Assembly (NCBI RefSeq): GCF_006345805.1
Contig: NC_043006.1
Span: 54,808,001-54,872,000 of the forward strand
Source: Octopus sinensis
Lineage: Eukaryota
Direction: 5' to 3'
DNA: 64,000 nt
Part shown: piece after piece, positions 52,492-64,000 of the stretch
Position numbering within the stretch: the first letter of the stretch is position 1
Layout: every line of letters starts with the position of its first letter
The notes under the pieces: model-generated
The model's input: only the letters and a program-made list of their open reading frames with translations
Database searches by the model: none
Told to the model about the DNA's origin: nothing
Made by a program: the position numbers and the translations under genes

Positions 52492-52850
52492 GCAAGCATG
52501 GCTGTGTGGTAATGAAGCTTGCTCCCCAACCACTATCCACATCATTTCAGGTTCAGTCCCACTGCATGGCACCATGGGCAAGTGTCTTCTAGCTGGGCCA
52601 ACCAAAGACCTGTGAGTGGATTTAGCAGATTGGAAACTGCAAGAAGCCCATCATATGTGTGTGTGTGCTTTTATGTTTGTGTGTCTCCTACACCACTTGA
52701 CAACCAGTGTTGGTTTGTTTACACCCTTATAATTTAGTGGTTTCAGCAAAAGAGACCAATAAGACAGGAGTACCAGAATACTGGAGTCGACTTGTTCAAC
52801 TAAAACCCTTCAAGACTGAAGTCCAATGACTGAAACAAATAAAAGATAAA
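52492..52850 (+). mobile_element. tRNA-derived CORE-like SINE, family 4 (near full length)
   Basis: Head ggctgtgtggtaatgaag...ggttcagtccc, CORE-like ggcaccatgggcaagtgtctt, internal TG repeat, tail atgactgaaacaaataaaag. Partial copies at about 7365-7665, 14630-14750(-), 19760-19870, 28470-28620(-), 35270-35400(-), 40392-40570 and 51860-52000. Confidence 0.8.
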
Positions 52851-54879
52851 AAGACAGCTGTTATTGCTAAGTTGCAACACTATCACCTCACCTATAGATA
52901 TGGATTAACACCACTATTGCCACCACCATACAAGCTAACAAGGAAACTTCTATTAGATTGCTTGGCATACTAGAAATAGCAGTTGAATATTCCTCAAATT
53001 ATACCCTGTTGTTGCAAAACAACAGGCAGGACATATTGGACTACTTAGTGTTTGGTATGCATGAGTGAAACCCTTTTTGTCATAAGTCTGCTCAATCAGA
53101 GGAGCTAAACAACAACAATAACACGTGTCTTTAAAAGGGTTCACTGTTATAATCATTGAAGGAGAGACTCTCCTTGTTACCTCCCCAGCCTTGTTTATCC
53201 AGTTGGCATTGAATTCAGATGCCTGGGTTATGTATTGGTCACAACTTTTACACCAGTCTGGGAAGTGTGACCTGCAGAAGACATAGACACTGTCCTTCTT
53301 TCTGTGACTTAAAAAAAAGATAAAAATACACCCTGGTAAAAAAAAAGAAAAAAACCCTGGTCTATATGAGTTGCCTACAAATGAAGGAAGTCACAGAGGG
53401 GGTAGTATTAATGCATATAATCGAGTGTATCCAGTGACTCAGTTTTCAGTGAGACCCAGTAGTGCTGACAATAAGTGTAGAAATTCGGGAACCATGGTCG
53501 CTGGCTTGTGTCAGTAAACATTAGTCCTCTAGTTCAGAATCTAACATTTCACATTCTTGCTCTGCCCTGGACAGTTGACAAGATACAATGATGTTGTCAC
53601 CTTGTCCCTCAATATGGCAAATGAAGAATGAACTAAAAGAAAGAAGTCTTATGGGGAGAAAAGAAAAAAAAAGCGTGAGGTGGTGTGAAGTGGATGACAG
53701 GAGAAGAATGAGGTTAAGTGAAGGGAGAATGGTATAAAAAATATCACATAAGGAGTAAAAAAAAAACCCTACTGAAAACTAGTGGACATGCATGCGCACA
53801 CACACACACACACGCACAGAAGTGAGGAGGGAATATGATCGGAAAAGGATGGTAGAAGGAGCTCACATCTAGAATTGAGATCAATAAGGAATTGTCAAAA
53901 CTGTATACAAATCTGTGGCTAGCATCAAGAGATAGTCCAGAACTTGATAGTAATAAGAAGTGGCAGAAAATGGAGAGAAGTATGAAGGTTGAAAGAGAGG
54001 GTAGGTATATTAAGTGAGAAGAATACAACTATATGTGCACTGAGCATATGCCATATGTATAAAGCCATATACATTGTTCTGTGTACAACTATATAGAATA
54101 CAACTATAATGCACAGAGCATACACAGTATGTGTAAAGTTGTATGTCCATAAAATACACACAACCTGAACACACAAGTCTTGTCTTGGCTCTCAACTCCT
54201 AATAGGACTGCCACTGTTATCTGGCAGGGCCTATCCCTCGTCAGGCCTAACCACAGCTGATTTCTTCTCGAAAGAGAGCACAACAGAGAACAAAAAGAAA
54301 AAGAGGAAAATCAACCCCAGTACAGAGTAGGTCCTTTATCAATCCTGAAAAGATGAAAGGCAAAGCTGAACCATAGCAGTATTAGAACTCAGGGTGCAGA
54401 GAGCCAAAAACCAATTTATTTGACACTCCAATGACTTGGCTGATTTGCTATAGACACATACACAAAACATATGAATACAAGTCATATAACTAAATACACA
54501 CACATAGACATGGAAACTATATGAAGGTGCAAAGCAAAATCAAAGGAAGTTGAAGTTATTCAGAATTTGCAGAGCAGGGGTGCCCAGTTTTGAAGATAAT
54601 GCATTTTCCCTTGTATTTGTGGGTGTCATTAGAAAGTGTTGCAAAACATCACAGACTGAGAGGTGGTCAGAGACAAAATCAGGTGAGTTAAAGAATCAGA
54701 CTGTATGAGGGTACACTAGGCATTATTTGGGACATTGAGCTCATGAGATTATCTTCCAACAAATAACTGATTTCACCTATGTACAATGCATTACAGAGTT
54801 AACATGCTATGCAGTATATTATGTTGGAGAAAATGTAGAAAGTAGTTTATCACAATGGCTGCAGACTTGGAGCCTAGTA

Positions 54880-55830
54880 AAGGAGATGAAGGAACAAGTA
54901 AGGCAACAAAGTTGGGAGCATGTGGATGTACCCAGCTGGGTCTACTAAGAGAAAAGAGAACTCCTGATTAGAAGGCACAGAGACTTTTACTCTTTTTTGA
55001 AAGAAAAATGTAGTTTTGTGGTCAGATAGCAGAAAGTGTAAGTTGCAAAAGAGAGGCCTTGCTGAAGTAGCTAAGTCACAACTGGAAGCTGATGAGAAAG
55101 GAAAGTTCATAATCTAGGAGAGTGAGTATGTGGTGTAAGTGTGGCTGAGGGATTGGGCTAGGAGGATGAACTGAAGCATAAGCTTCAACTCGGAAACAAG
55201 TTTGGTCATTATTGTAAAGGTGATGAAGCTGGAGGGATTATGAAAAGAAGACAGATTTGGTGTGTTGGGGATATGAGAAAGAAAAGCCATGGCAACATTG
55301 ATAATCTGTAAGGTTTATAGCAAACTGATGTGGACCAAGTTGATGGTGTCAATAAGGACAGAAATGGGTAGGAAGTTGGAGGCATTAGAGAGGTGAATTC
55401 CAGGGAGGAGTGGAAGTTATTGCTGAACAATGAAAAAGGGTGAGTTGCATTCCAGTGAATGAGGTCACATCAATACAGTCATTGACTGTCCATAAGATTC
55501 AAGGGTCATCCCAGTAAACTGAGTGTAAATTCAGGCTCCAATGTGGCCTACAAATTGATATAATTGCAGCTCAGATTGGTACCTACGGTTTCACTGCTTC
55601 AATGTTGCTAGGATGAGTTCAATGAAACAGAAGTGTACAGATAATGAGTTTAATTGTGATATGCCAGTCAGAGAAGAATCTAAGGGCTAAGAGGTCATCA
55701 CTGAAATGTGAGATGATGGTATACAGAGATTTGATATTCTCTAGTACTGCACAGCAAGTAGGGCTTCTGTTGGTCAAGGAATGTAAAAAGGCATCTGCAC
55801 TGTCTGCATTTCTTGTCAACATTATGATTA
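54880..55830 (-). mobile_element. Decayed Penelope-like element RT fragment
   Basis: Minus-strand remnants in order: IKSLYTIISH..DLLALRFF, FVGHI..IYTQFTG, a frameshifted YGQ..DCI (YIDD-equivalent), NNFHSSLEFT and STSVCYKP. These match Penelope RT palm/thumb motifs. Confidence 0.75.
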
Positions 55831-56058
55831 GTTGCTCTGCAATTGAGGCCTATAGAATAGGAAGTCTCTTACTAAATTGATGACAGGAAGTGTATTTGGC
55901 CATAAAATCCTGCTTCAAGTATGACCCTGTGAAATCCATACTAGCATAGAAAGATGGACATTAAACCAGTGAACATACAATCTTTCTGTCTATTTAAACA
56001 TACCGTTATTTTGTAAACTCATAGCAATAACAGTGGTAATTTGAAGTAACATATCAAC

Positions 56059-56062
<4 letters not shown>

Positions 56063-56131
<69 letters not shown>
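56063..56131. repeat. (GA)n microsatellite
   Basis: Directly visible. Confidence 0.98.
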
Positions 56132-56132
<1 letters not shown>

Positions 56133-56665
56133 AAGCAGTGTTTGTAGATGAATACATGTTTATGTATCAGCAAAAAGTACAAGCTTGAGACAGTATATAT
56201 ATCATTGTTTAATGTCAACCTTCCATGTTGGATATATGATTATATACACATATATATATATATATGACTTGTGTATCTATAAATACATAGTCTGCTTCAT
56301 AATGATGTTCTGATTTCTATATCACTGAATAACATTGACCAATTCTTCTACTATAACCTCAAACTGGCCAATGCCTTGTAAGTGGAAACAGTAGACAGAA
56401 AATATATGGAAGCTCATCATATGTGTGTGTACATACAAATACTCCACTTCGTTTATCATCACATGAACAAAACAGCGATGTGATATTTACATTCCCTACA
56501 AATGTGAGTGGTCACTCAACACTTTCAAAGACCAATGGAACAGAGAAATCTTATACTTGAGAAACAGCTAAGTTCTAGCAACAGAAAAGGCATTAGGATG
56601 TAGAATGCTGTCACAAAACCATGCTAGCATATAAAATACACATCTACTCTCTCCATATATACATA

Positions 56666-56780
<115 letters not shown>

Positions 56781-57122
56781 CATTTATACAAATGGAAGGA
56801 GATGGTATTCGGTACATAGAATTAAATATAACAAAAAAACAAAGACCCAATTCTTCCACTGTTTCATATATATATATTACACACACACACACACATATAT
56901 CTAAGAAAAAGAGATGACACAGGAAAAGCGATGGTTATGTTATTAGGTTACAACTGTTTCTGGTATATAAGATGCAGTGGAATCATTGTTGGATGCCTGA
57001 ATAACAGACACACACAAGTATATATATATATATATATATGTTCATTTATATGTATATACACAAGCTCTGTTCGAGTAAGGTCTTCATGTTTATGGCTAAA
57101 ACAAGTTAAAAGATTATATATA

Positions 57123-57160
<38 letters not shown>

Positions 57161-57975
57161 TAAAAAAAGAATAAAGTTTAAATGGTTTACAAGAAATCAT
57201 TATAAAATTTCTTTAAATGAAAGCATTAATTAACAATGAATAACAAGTTAGAAAGACATTTAACTGAAAGTTGTCAGGAACTGCGCAAATGGGAAGTGTT
57301 AACAGAACAACCCATAAAATTGAACAAAATCTTTAAAAAAATGAAAACAAAACAAAACAAATAAAGATAAAAAAGACATACTAATTTATATTATTAGTAA
57401 TTAATTATGAAATGAAATATAAAATCATCATCATCATCATCTTGTGTTTCTTTTATATGTCTCTTTTGTCAGCAATGTCTTGTCCCTTGCAGTGTGTACC
57501 TACTCACGGTAGATGGTCAGAAACAGTTTTCAAAACTCACATAAAATTTATAACAGGCACCGCCTCCAGGCAGAGGAGATAGGGACTTCTTCTACAGTCC
57601 CCACTTTTTTCTTTTTCTTTTTATTACTGGACGCTGAAAGTCTGGATGCTTCTGAAATCATCATCATAGTTTACGATCCGATGAAGTCGCTGCAGCAGAC
57701 CAGGTCAACTGTGAATGGTGTTGATGGAGTGTTTGCAAATGGCATTGCTGAAGGTAGGGATGATAAAGAAGTAGTGAGCACACACAGCTGGCACATATGT
57801 ACAAGCAAGTGTTGTAGTGCTCCCCCACCCCACCTTTGGTATGTCATTTAATTTTTTTATTCCTTGTAAGAGGTAGATTAGTAAAAAAAAAATGTGGTGA
57901 CTGTAGGTAGTATTTATGTTTACATAGATGGTGTGTATGTGGCAAGGGGGGGGGTCTTATGTGGAGGACTTAGCC

Positions 57976-58010
<35 letters not shown>

Positions 58011-58394
58011 AATAAAATATGGTGACTGTAGTAATGTCTTAAATTAGCAGGAAGAGGGACATAAGTGGTGGGAGTGGGCTGTTATAATAATAAAAATAAT
58101 AATAATAATAGTAGTAGTAGTAATGGGGTGACTAGCAAGGTTATGTTGATAGAAGTGGGGCTTCATAAAAATAATAAAATGGTGAATGTAGCATTGTGTC
58201 ACCTGGATTAGTGGAGTTTTGTGGTGGGAGTAGGCCTTCATAATAATAACAGTAATAATTATAATAAAACAAAAGAAACTGAAGTGGAAGTACACGTTTT
58301 GTTTGTTTGTTTGTTTGCACTGACACATCACATGGTGACGCAATCAATGGCATAGGAGGGGGATGAAACTGTCTGCTGAAGGCTGGGTTCATGT

Positions 58395-58496
58395 TCAGCC
58401 TGAAGGAACAGTAATTGGTGACATTGGACCATTCATGTGGGTACTGCCTTGTCTTAAGTGTTGTTCAATCAAAGTTGCTACCTTGTCTTTGTCCAA
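58395..58496 (-). CDS. NRBP1: NRBP terminal coding exon (LDKDKVATLIEQHLRQGSTHMNGPMSPITVPSG*)
   Basis: ttcctttttcag|TTG acceptor in phase 0, matching the upstream donor; 33 aa plus TGA. D..K..LIE pattern fits the helix that follows GFxxE in NRBP/Madm proteins. Confidence 0.85.
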   Translation of the reverse strand: MDKDKVATLIEQHLRQGSTHMNGPMSPITVPSG

Positions 58497-59374
58497 CTGA
58501 AAAAGGAAAGCAAAGAAGATAATGTTAAAACCTATATATTTTTGAATTGCTATAATGCTTAACCCTTTAGCATTCAGGTTACTCTGTCACATGTAATGCT
58601 TATTTATTCACATTGTTTTACTTAATTATGACACACCACACACACAAAGACAGACAGACACAGAGGACAGAGATAGACCCGAGGTGTTCGTGAATGTATG
58701 TCTGTTTTTGTATATGTATGTTACTGTACCACCCAACAGTGAAACACGCTGATTTTGAAAGAGTTTAGTTTAGCGGCCTGAATGTTGAATGAACAGCAGC
58801 ATTCACTTTGAAGTACCACTGTTTGAATTTTCCTTTTCATCATGGAGACTTACAGTTTAAACAGCCTTAATGATTATCACTACTTATGGTCTGAAATATT
58901 ATTCTGGTTTTTATAACCAGCATGAAGATACGGCTGATTTGAGAGCACTCACAATACTTGCAAATATATCTGAAAAAATTTTTTCTTCTGGTTATCACAA
59001 CAAATTCAGAAACTTAGCAAAGTAGAAAGTCTTAGCAGCTCTTTCAATATAATTACAGAAATTTTATTCCGGTCCTTATAACCAGTTTGAAGATAATACT
59101 TTTTTTTTTAACAGTCCTAGCATCCTTATTGTATTCCTACTATGCTGCTTTATCAGTGTGAGTATTTAACACTGCGCAATCTTTTTTTTTTCATTAGTCA
59201 GTATTTATTCTACAACCTTGTAATCTTACACAGTTAAAATATATAGTAAGTGATGTCTAATTTATGTCTTGCTACATACATCCTTTAGCAAATGTTTTTA
59301 ATTAATTAACATTCACAACAGCAACATATTCCTTTCTACATACTTTGTTAAGTTTTCGTCTAAAAATTGTAAAA

Positions 59375-59784
59375 TCATCATCATCATCATCGTTTAACGT
59401 CCGCTTTCCATGCTAGCATGGGTTGGACGATTTTGACTGAGGGCTGGTGAACCAGATGGCTGCACCAAGCTCCAATCTTGATTAGGCAGAGTTTCTACAG
59501 CTGGATGCCCTTCCTAACGCCAACCACTCAGAGTGTAGTGGGTGCCTTTCACGTGCCACCGGCAAGGGCGCCAGTCAGGTGGTGCTGGCAACGACCTCGC
59601 TCGAATCTTTTTACACGTGCCACTGGCACAGGTGCCAGTGAAGCAATGTTGGTAACGATCACGCTCGAATGGTGCCCTTTTACGTGCCACGGGTATGGAA
59701 GCCAGTGAAGTGACGTTGGTAATGATCACGCTCGGATTAGCACCCTACTAGCACATGCACAAGTGCCAGTAAGGCGACGCTGGT
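59375..59784 (-). mobile_element. RTE LINE 3'-tail copy with internal ~65-bp subrepeats, inside the last NRBP intron
   Basis: (CAT)n-cgtttaacgtccgctttccatgctagcatgggttggacg start; three gg(c/t)aa(c/t)ga(c/t)c(t/a)cgctcg units. Confidence 0.85.
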
Positions 59785-61709
59785 ACAATAAAATATAAAA
59801 ATAATAAAATATTTTTGTATGAAAAATTGAATTATGCCTTCTGAATTTTCTTGGCGCTTGACTTTCTTCACCGTGGCATTGAATCTTGAATTTAATAACA
59901 TTTACTTCATGTTCCTAATAAATGTTGACTTTCTGTACTTTGTTACAGAAAGTATAGTAACTTTTGCCAAATTGGTGACTTTCCGACGCTGGAGTATTTC
60001 TTTTGACAACATTCCCTAAAAAAGATTTTATCATAACTATGCTACAGAAAGTATGTTTTGCACCTATACTGACTACATTTAGTTGCTCTTGAACTTCGTG
60101 TGTGTATGTTTTGCTGTTTTCAATATTATCAATTCTATGAGTGTCTATGTGTCTGTGTGTGTGTATTTCTGCATTTGTTATGTCTATAGTAAATTATAGT
60201 AAAGGACATTTTATGCCATTTTAATGAGCCCACATGGTGATCCCCATGAAAAGCATGATATTCTAATTCGTGCTTGAGATAACAACCTTAAATGTATTTC
60301 AGAGACTCATCTATATGTATATATTAGCAGATATCTGTGTATTAATATGTCTGTGCATAATGCCAATGAGGGTGTGAGAGGGCAGAGAAAGCAACAGAGA
60401 AACAAAGTGAAGAACTGGCTCTTTACTTCTCCTTCATCTCCTCTAAAAGAGAGTTTGCATGTGTGTATGTGTGTGTGCATATGTTCCTTATGCATTCGAA
60501 AACTGAGTTGCCGATTTTGACATGTGGGATATCAAAAGATTCAGTAATCTTTCAGATATCAAATAAACTTTATTTTCATTTTTCATATTTTCTACATCAT
60601 CTCAACAACCAGCAATAGTTAATTGACATACACTGCTCTACAATGACCAGGTTTCATTAGAAGGTAAAAATAGTTTCACACTTTCAATTTGAACCAAAAT
60701 TACTAAGTGTTAAATTATGAGAGTAATAATGTGTGAATAATTAAAGTAATGTTTCTCTGAATTAGTCACATCTGTACTATAATAAAGAAAGCTGCTCATC
60801 ATCTATCTACCAAATATACTGTTTTTGGTACAACAACTCTTTTTTTACTACTAAAATAACCTTGGAAACAAGGTCGGGTTACACAAGCTTCCGTTTCACT
60901 TTCAACCAATGTTTCACGCATGCATAGAATTCTACTCAGATGAACAGTTATGAAAATGTACAAATAAATATTGCATTAAAATAAGCCACAAAAATTTCGT
61001 TAAAAGACATCCATTTCCCTTTATGTTATGAGGAAATACAGTCACTCACTCTCTCTCTCATATGCACACATACGTAAAAAAAAAATGTATGCATATGTAT
61101 TTATGTACATGTAAATAAAAGATGTGTGTGTGAGAGAGAGAGAAAGAGAGAGTAAGTGCCACTTATGCATGCAAAAAAATTCATACATGATAACACACAC
61201 CTTCACTCACTCACGCACACATATTCATCTCATATACATGTGCATACATCTCGCATGTTCTGCTGTCACTTCAAAGTAAATGTTGCCTTTTCATTTTCTC
61301 CTCTCTTGAAAGGATAAACAAAATTTTAAAAATTTTTATGGAAATTAACAAACAATCATATGATCGAGTCGACAACTTTGCTGCTTCAAATGAAAGAATG
61401 CCATAAAATAATTTCTTTGGCACACACACACTAGGTAAGACTTCTGTCTGAATTATTTCTTGCTGTGTGCACATGCAAAATTACAGCTCAAATCCAATTG
61501 AAATAACTTTTTCCTATTCTATAATTTGTGTTTGTGACGAGCGCATTTAAAAACCTAATCTTTGATATAAACTTAAAAGAAAGTTTTCTCAGAAATCCTG
61601 TCCTTTACCTGTTGCTTCTAGCATGTCTGAGGTGATATTTGCACCCCACCTTATTTTTTCCTTAATTTTCTTCTGATTCCTATGTTTTCGATACAGGAAA
61701 TTAGAATTT

Positions 61710-62283
61710 CATCCCCAAAACATGTTCTCAATATTTTAATTTTCTCCCTTATGACCCCAAATTCTTCATTCTTTATTTTTTCCCAAATTTCTTTTTCTTG
61801 GTAATCCACGAAGAAATCAAAAGAGTATGAACCTTTAAGAAATTTCTTCCTTTTTCTTCTCAAACATCCACCCATCACCGCACTACTTTCAAAAAGCTAC
61901 ACACTCCCAATGTTTCACTTTTAGCTTTTTGGAAAGTGGCAAAGTTTCTTCAGAAATAATGTTATTTACCTGTTGTTTCTAGCATGTCGGGTTTTCTGGT
62001 GGTGGTCTGGTATTTTTACATCTGCTATTTCATGAAACATTGGGAGATTTCATCTTTTTGAAAGTGGGTAGGTGATGGATGGGCGAAATGGAGGAAGGGG
62101 CATTGGAGTGTTTTTTTAAGAAAAATTAAAGTTTAAAAAAAAATATTTCTCAAATTTGTAATCTGTATTTTCTACGTGGATAGAATAAAAAAAAATTTGA
62201 AAAAAGTTAGAAATTAGGTAATTGCAATGGAGATGGGGGGAAGGGGGGAAACTAAAATTTTGAAAATGTGATTTCTGGGCAAA
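61710..62283. repeat. Diverged long inverted repeat (foldback/MITE-like) in the NRBP intron
   Basis: 61869-61917 pairs with 62033-62083; about 61779-61846 with 62142-62206; about 61710-61748 with 62244-62280. Confidence 0.75.
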
Positions 62284-63430
62284 ATCGTATTAACCCCCTT
62301 TTATATGATGAAACAATACATAGTTTGTGATCCTTCTTAAGAAAAGAAAGCATTTTCATGCAGTCTGTACCCTACCCCCTTCACTTTTAAACAAACAATA
62401 ACTTCCATTACGCCAGTAATCCTGTTCAATATATATCAGCTGTGCTGATTCTACCCCTAAGAAAGAAACAAATAATACAATGTCACTGTAGGTCATAACA
62501 CCTGGGCAATGCCGGGGTGCATTGCTAGTTAGATCTATAAGAGTAAATTTCATATAATTGTATTAACAGCTTAGACTCAGTGATTTATAAAAAAAGCACC
62601 TGGTCATTCAGACACTTATTTTTGAGTGCTGAAGAGGTCATAAGTTCTAGGTACAGCTGAGTGACACTGGATGGTGAGAGTGGCTTGAAATATTTATTTC
62701 ATCACATGATCCAAACTGGCCGAGTATCAATCCAATACCAATAAGCCTTATCTAGAAGCTGTGACTGCCTCAACAATCAAAAGTAAATATCTGAATGATC
62801 AGGCATGCTTTTTCTTGTATCTATAAAAACTTCAAATAATTCATTCAAGCTTAGCTGTTAGTATAAATAAACCCCATCACACATATTAAGTGCTTTTTCC
62901 TTACATCCATACACCTACTGGCTAACATGCATACATACAAACACTTCAAACGCCCATAATTCTGCACCAACCTCCAAGATATTATTATAATAGCTTGATG
63001 CATACAAATATTCTCAATAAGTACAAAATTTCAGTTCTGTTGTTTTCTTCCCATAAAACCATTTGAAGTAGCAAGAATCATTCTGAACAGGTATTATAGG
63101 GTTACATCTCTTTCTTTAAAAAAAACAAAACCCTAAATAGCACCAGCAAACAAAATGTTTTCATATGGGCTATTTTAACTTCTCAGCTGTAAAGAGTACC
63201 AGACTGAGTACTGGAGTAACCCTCTCTCCTGCCATCTGTCACATCATAAATGTTTTGCCAAGTCAAGAGTGAAGGCTTGAGAGAGTGCCTGTGTCTGCTC
63301 ATTAAATACATATTAGCAAACCAATACATCTGTGAATGATGGTAGGCTGTATTGTAGCAGTGAAATCAAACACACAAACATGCACTAATACAGCAGACAA
63401 AATTCACCAATACAAAGACAAAATATGTAC

Positions 63431-63737
63431 CTCATTTATAAAGCCATAATGTACCAGTTCCTCAGCTAAAGTAGAAGCATTGTCCTCTTGAGAGATCTCA
63501 CACTGTAACTGTCGATTCATTTTGTCGTCCATACGTAGTAGAAGAGTTAAATTCAAGTTGCAATTCTCATCTGTCTTTCGCATCTGACATGCCATGTTAG
63601 TTACCATCCGTGTTTCAACATCCATAGGTTCTGGAGTCTCTGACTTGACAGACTCAGCTAGTTCAGGAGTAATGGCACGAGGACGTGAGGGCGGGGGGCG
63701 AGGTAATGCAAAGGCAGTTAATGGGTAAATTCCATTT
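63431..63737 (-). CDS. NRBP1: Nuclear receptor-binding protein (NRBP/Madm pseudokinase), penultimate coding exon (NGIYPLTAFALPRP...EPMDVETR...LTLLLRMDDKMNRQLQCE...LAEELVHYGFINE)
   Basis: Minus-strand tttctag|A AAT acceptor and GAG|gtacat donor; 307 bp open. Strong similarity to recalled NRBP1 C-terminal motifs NGIYPLTAF, EVETRKV, LTLLLKLEDKLNRHLSC and LAAELVQLGFISE. Confidence 0.95.
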
Positions 63738-64000
63738 CTAGAAACAAAAATAAATAAACCACTTTATAGTTGCATGTATTTGGCAAGTGAAAATTTTTTA
63801 TTTAATTATAAAATTAAATATAACTTAGCAAAAATTTTAATTCAATAGACTTGAGCAAAAAGCAGATATCCCAACAAATATATTTGCTTTGTATATACAC
63901 AGCAAATGACATCAAGTTGGTATATATTCAAAACACATCATAACTAAAAAACATGGGGTGAATGGTAGAAATAAAGAATACATTAAACAATGTGTCCTCC

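Noticed and set aside
53370-53640. Possible GIY-YIG endonuclease remnant on + near the Penelope fragment
   Set aside because: Too degenerate to support by eye, and on the opposite strand to the RT remnant; needs a profile search.
62356-62457. Possible alternative NRBP last exon (GVESAQLIYIEQ...QTA*, 33 aa, with IEQ in the same register as the real last exon)
   Set aside because: After the ttcttag acceptor the phase-0 reading is GGG TAG. The 33-aa frame uses the G of the AG, so it is out of frame with the upstream phase-0 donor.

Overview
AT-rich, microsatellite- and retroposon-dense animal genomic DNA. The SINE families, RTE-type LINEs and repeat composition suggest an octopus or other coleoid cephalopod; this is inferred from repeat content only. 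Two protein-coding genes converge. (1) On the + strand, six GT-AG-bounded, phase-0 coding exons (25416-37322, 266 aa) encode ankyrin repeats collinear with the C-terminal three quarters of ANKRD29; its 5' exons were not found. (2) On the - strand are the last two coding exons (63431-63737 and 58395-58496) of an NRBP1/Madm-family pseudokinase; its earlier exons lie beyond the window end. The rest is intronic or intergenic: two 5'-truncated RTE LINE copies whose RT contains a PHD-type C4HC3 finger, many short RTE 3'-tail copies, decayed I/Jockey-like and Penelope RT fragments, a mariner and a DD37D Tc1/mariner relic in one intron, a small Helitron-like element, piggyBac-like TTAA MITEs, several tRNA-derived SINE families (some in tandem arrays or inverted pairs), foldback structures and many microsatellites. 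Most ORFs in the supplied track are microsatellite or repeat artefacts. I found no clear new biological system. The most interesting leads are the PHD finger inside the LINE RT, the intronic fold-back duplexes (candidate ADAR substrates) and the SINE arrays. Exon coordinates were read base by base; most repeat boundaries are approximate.
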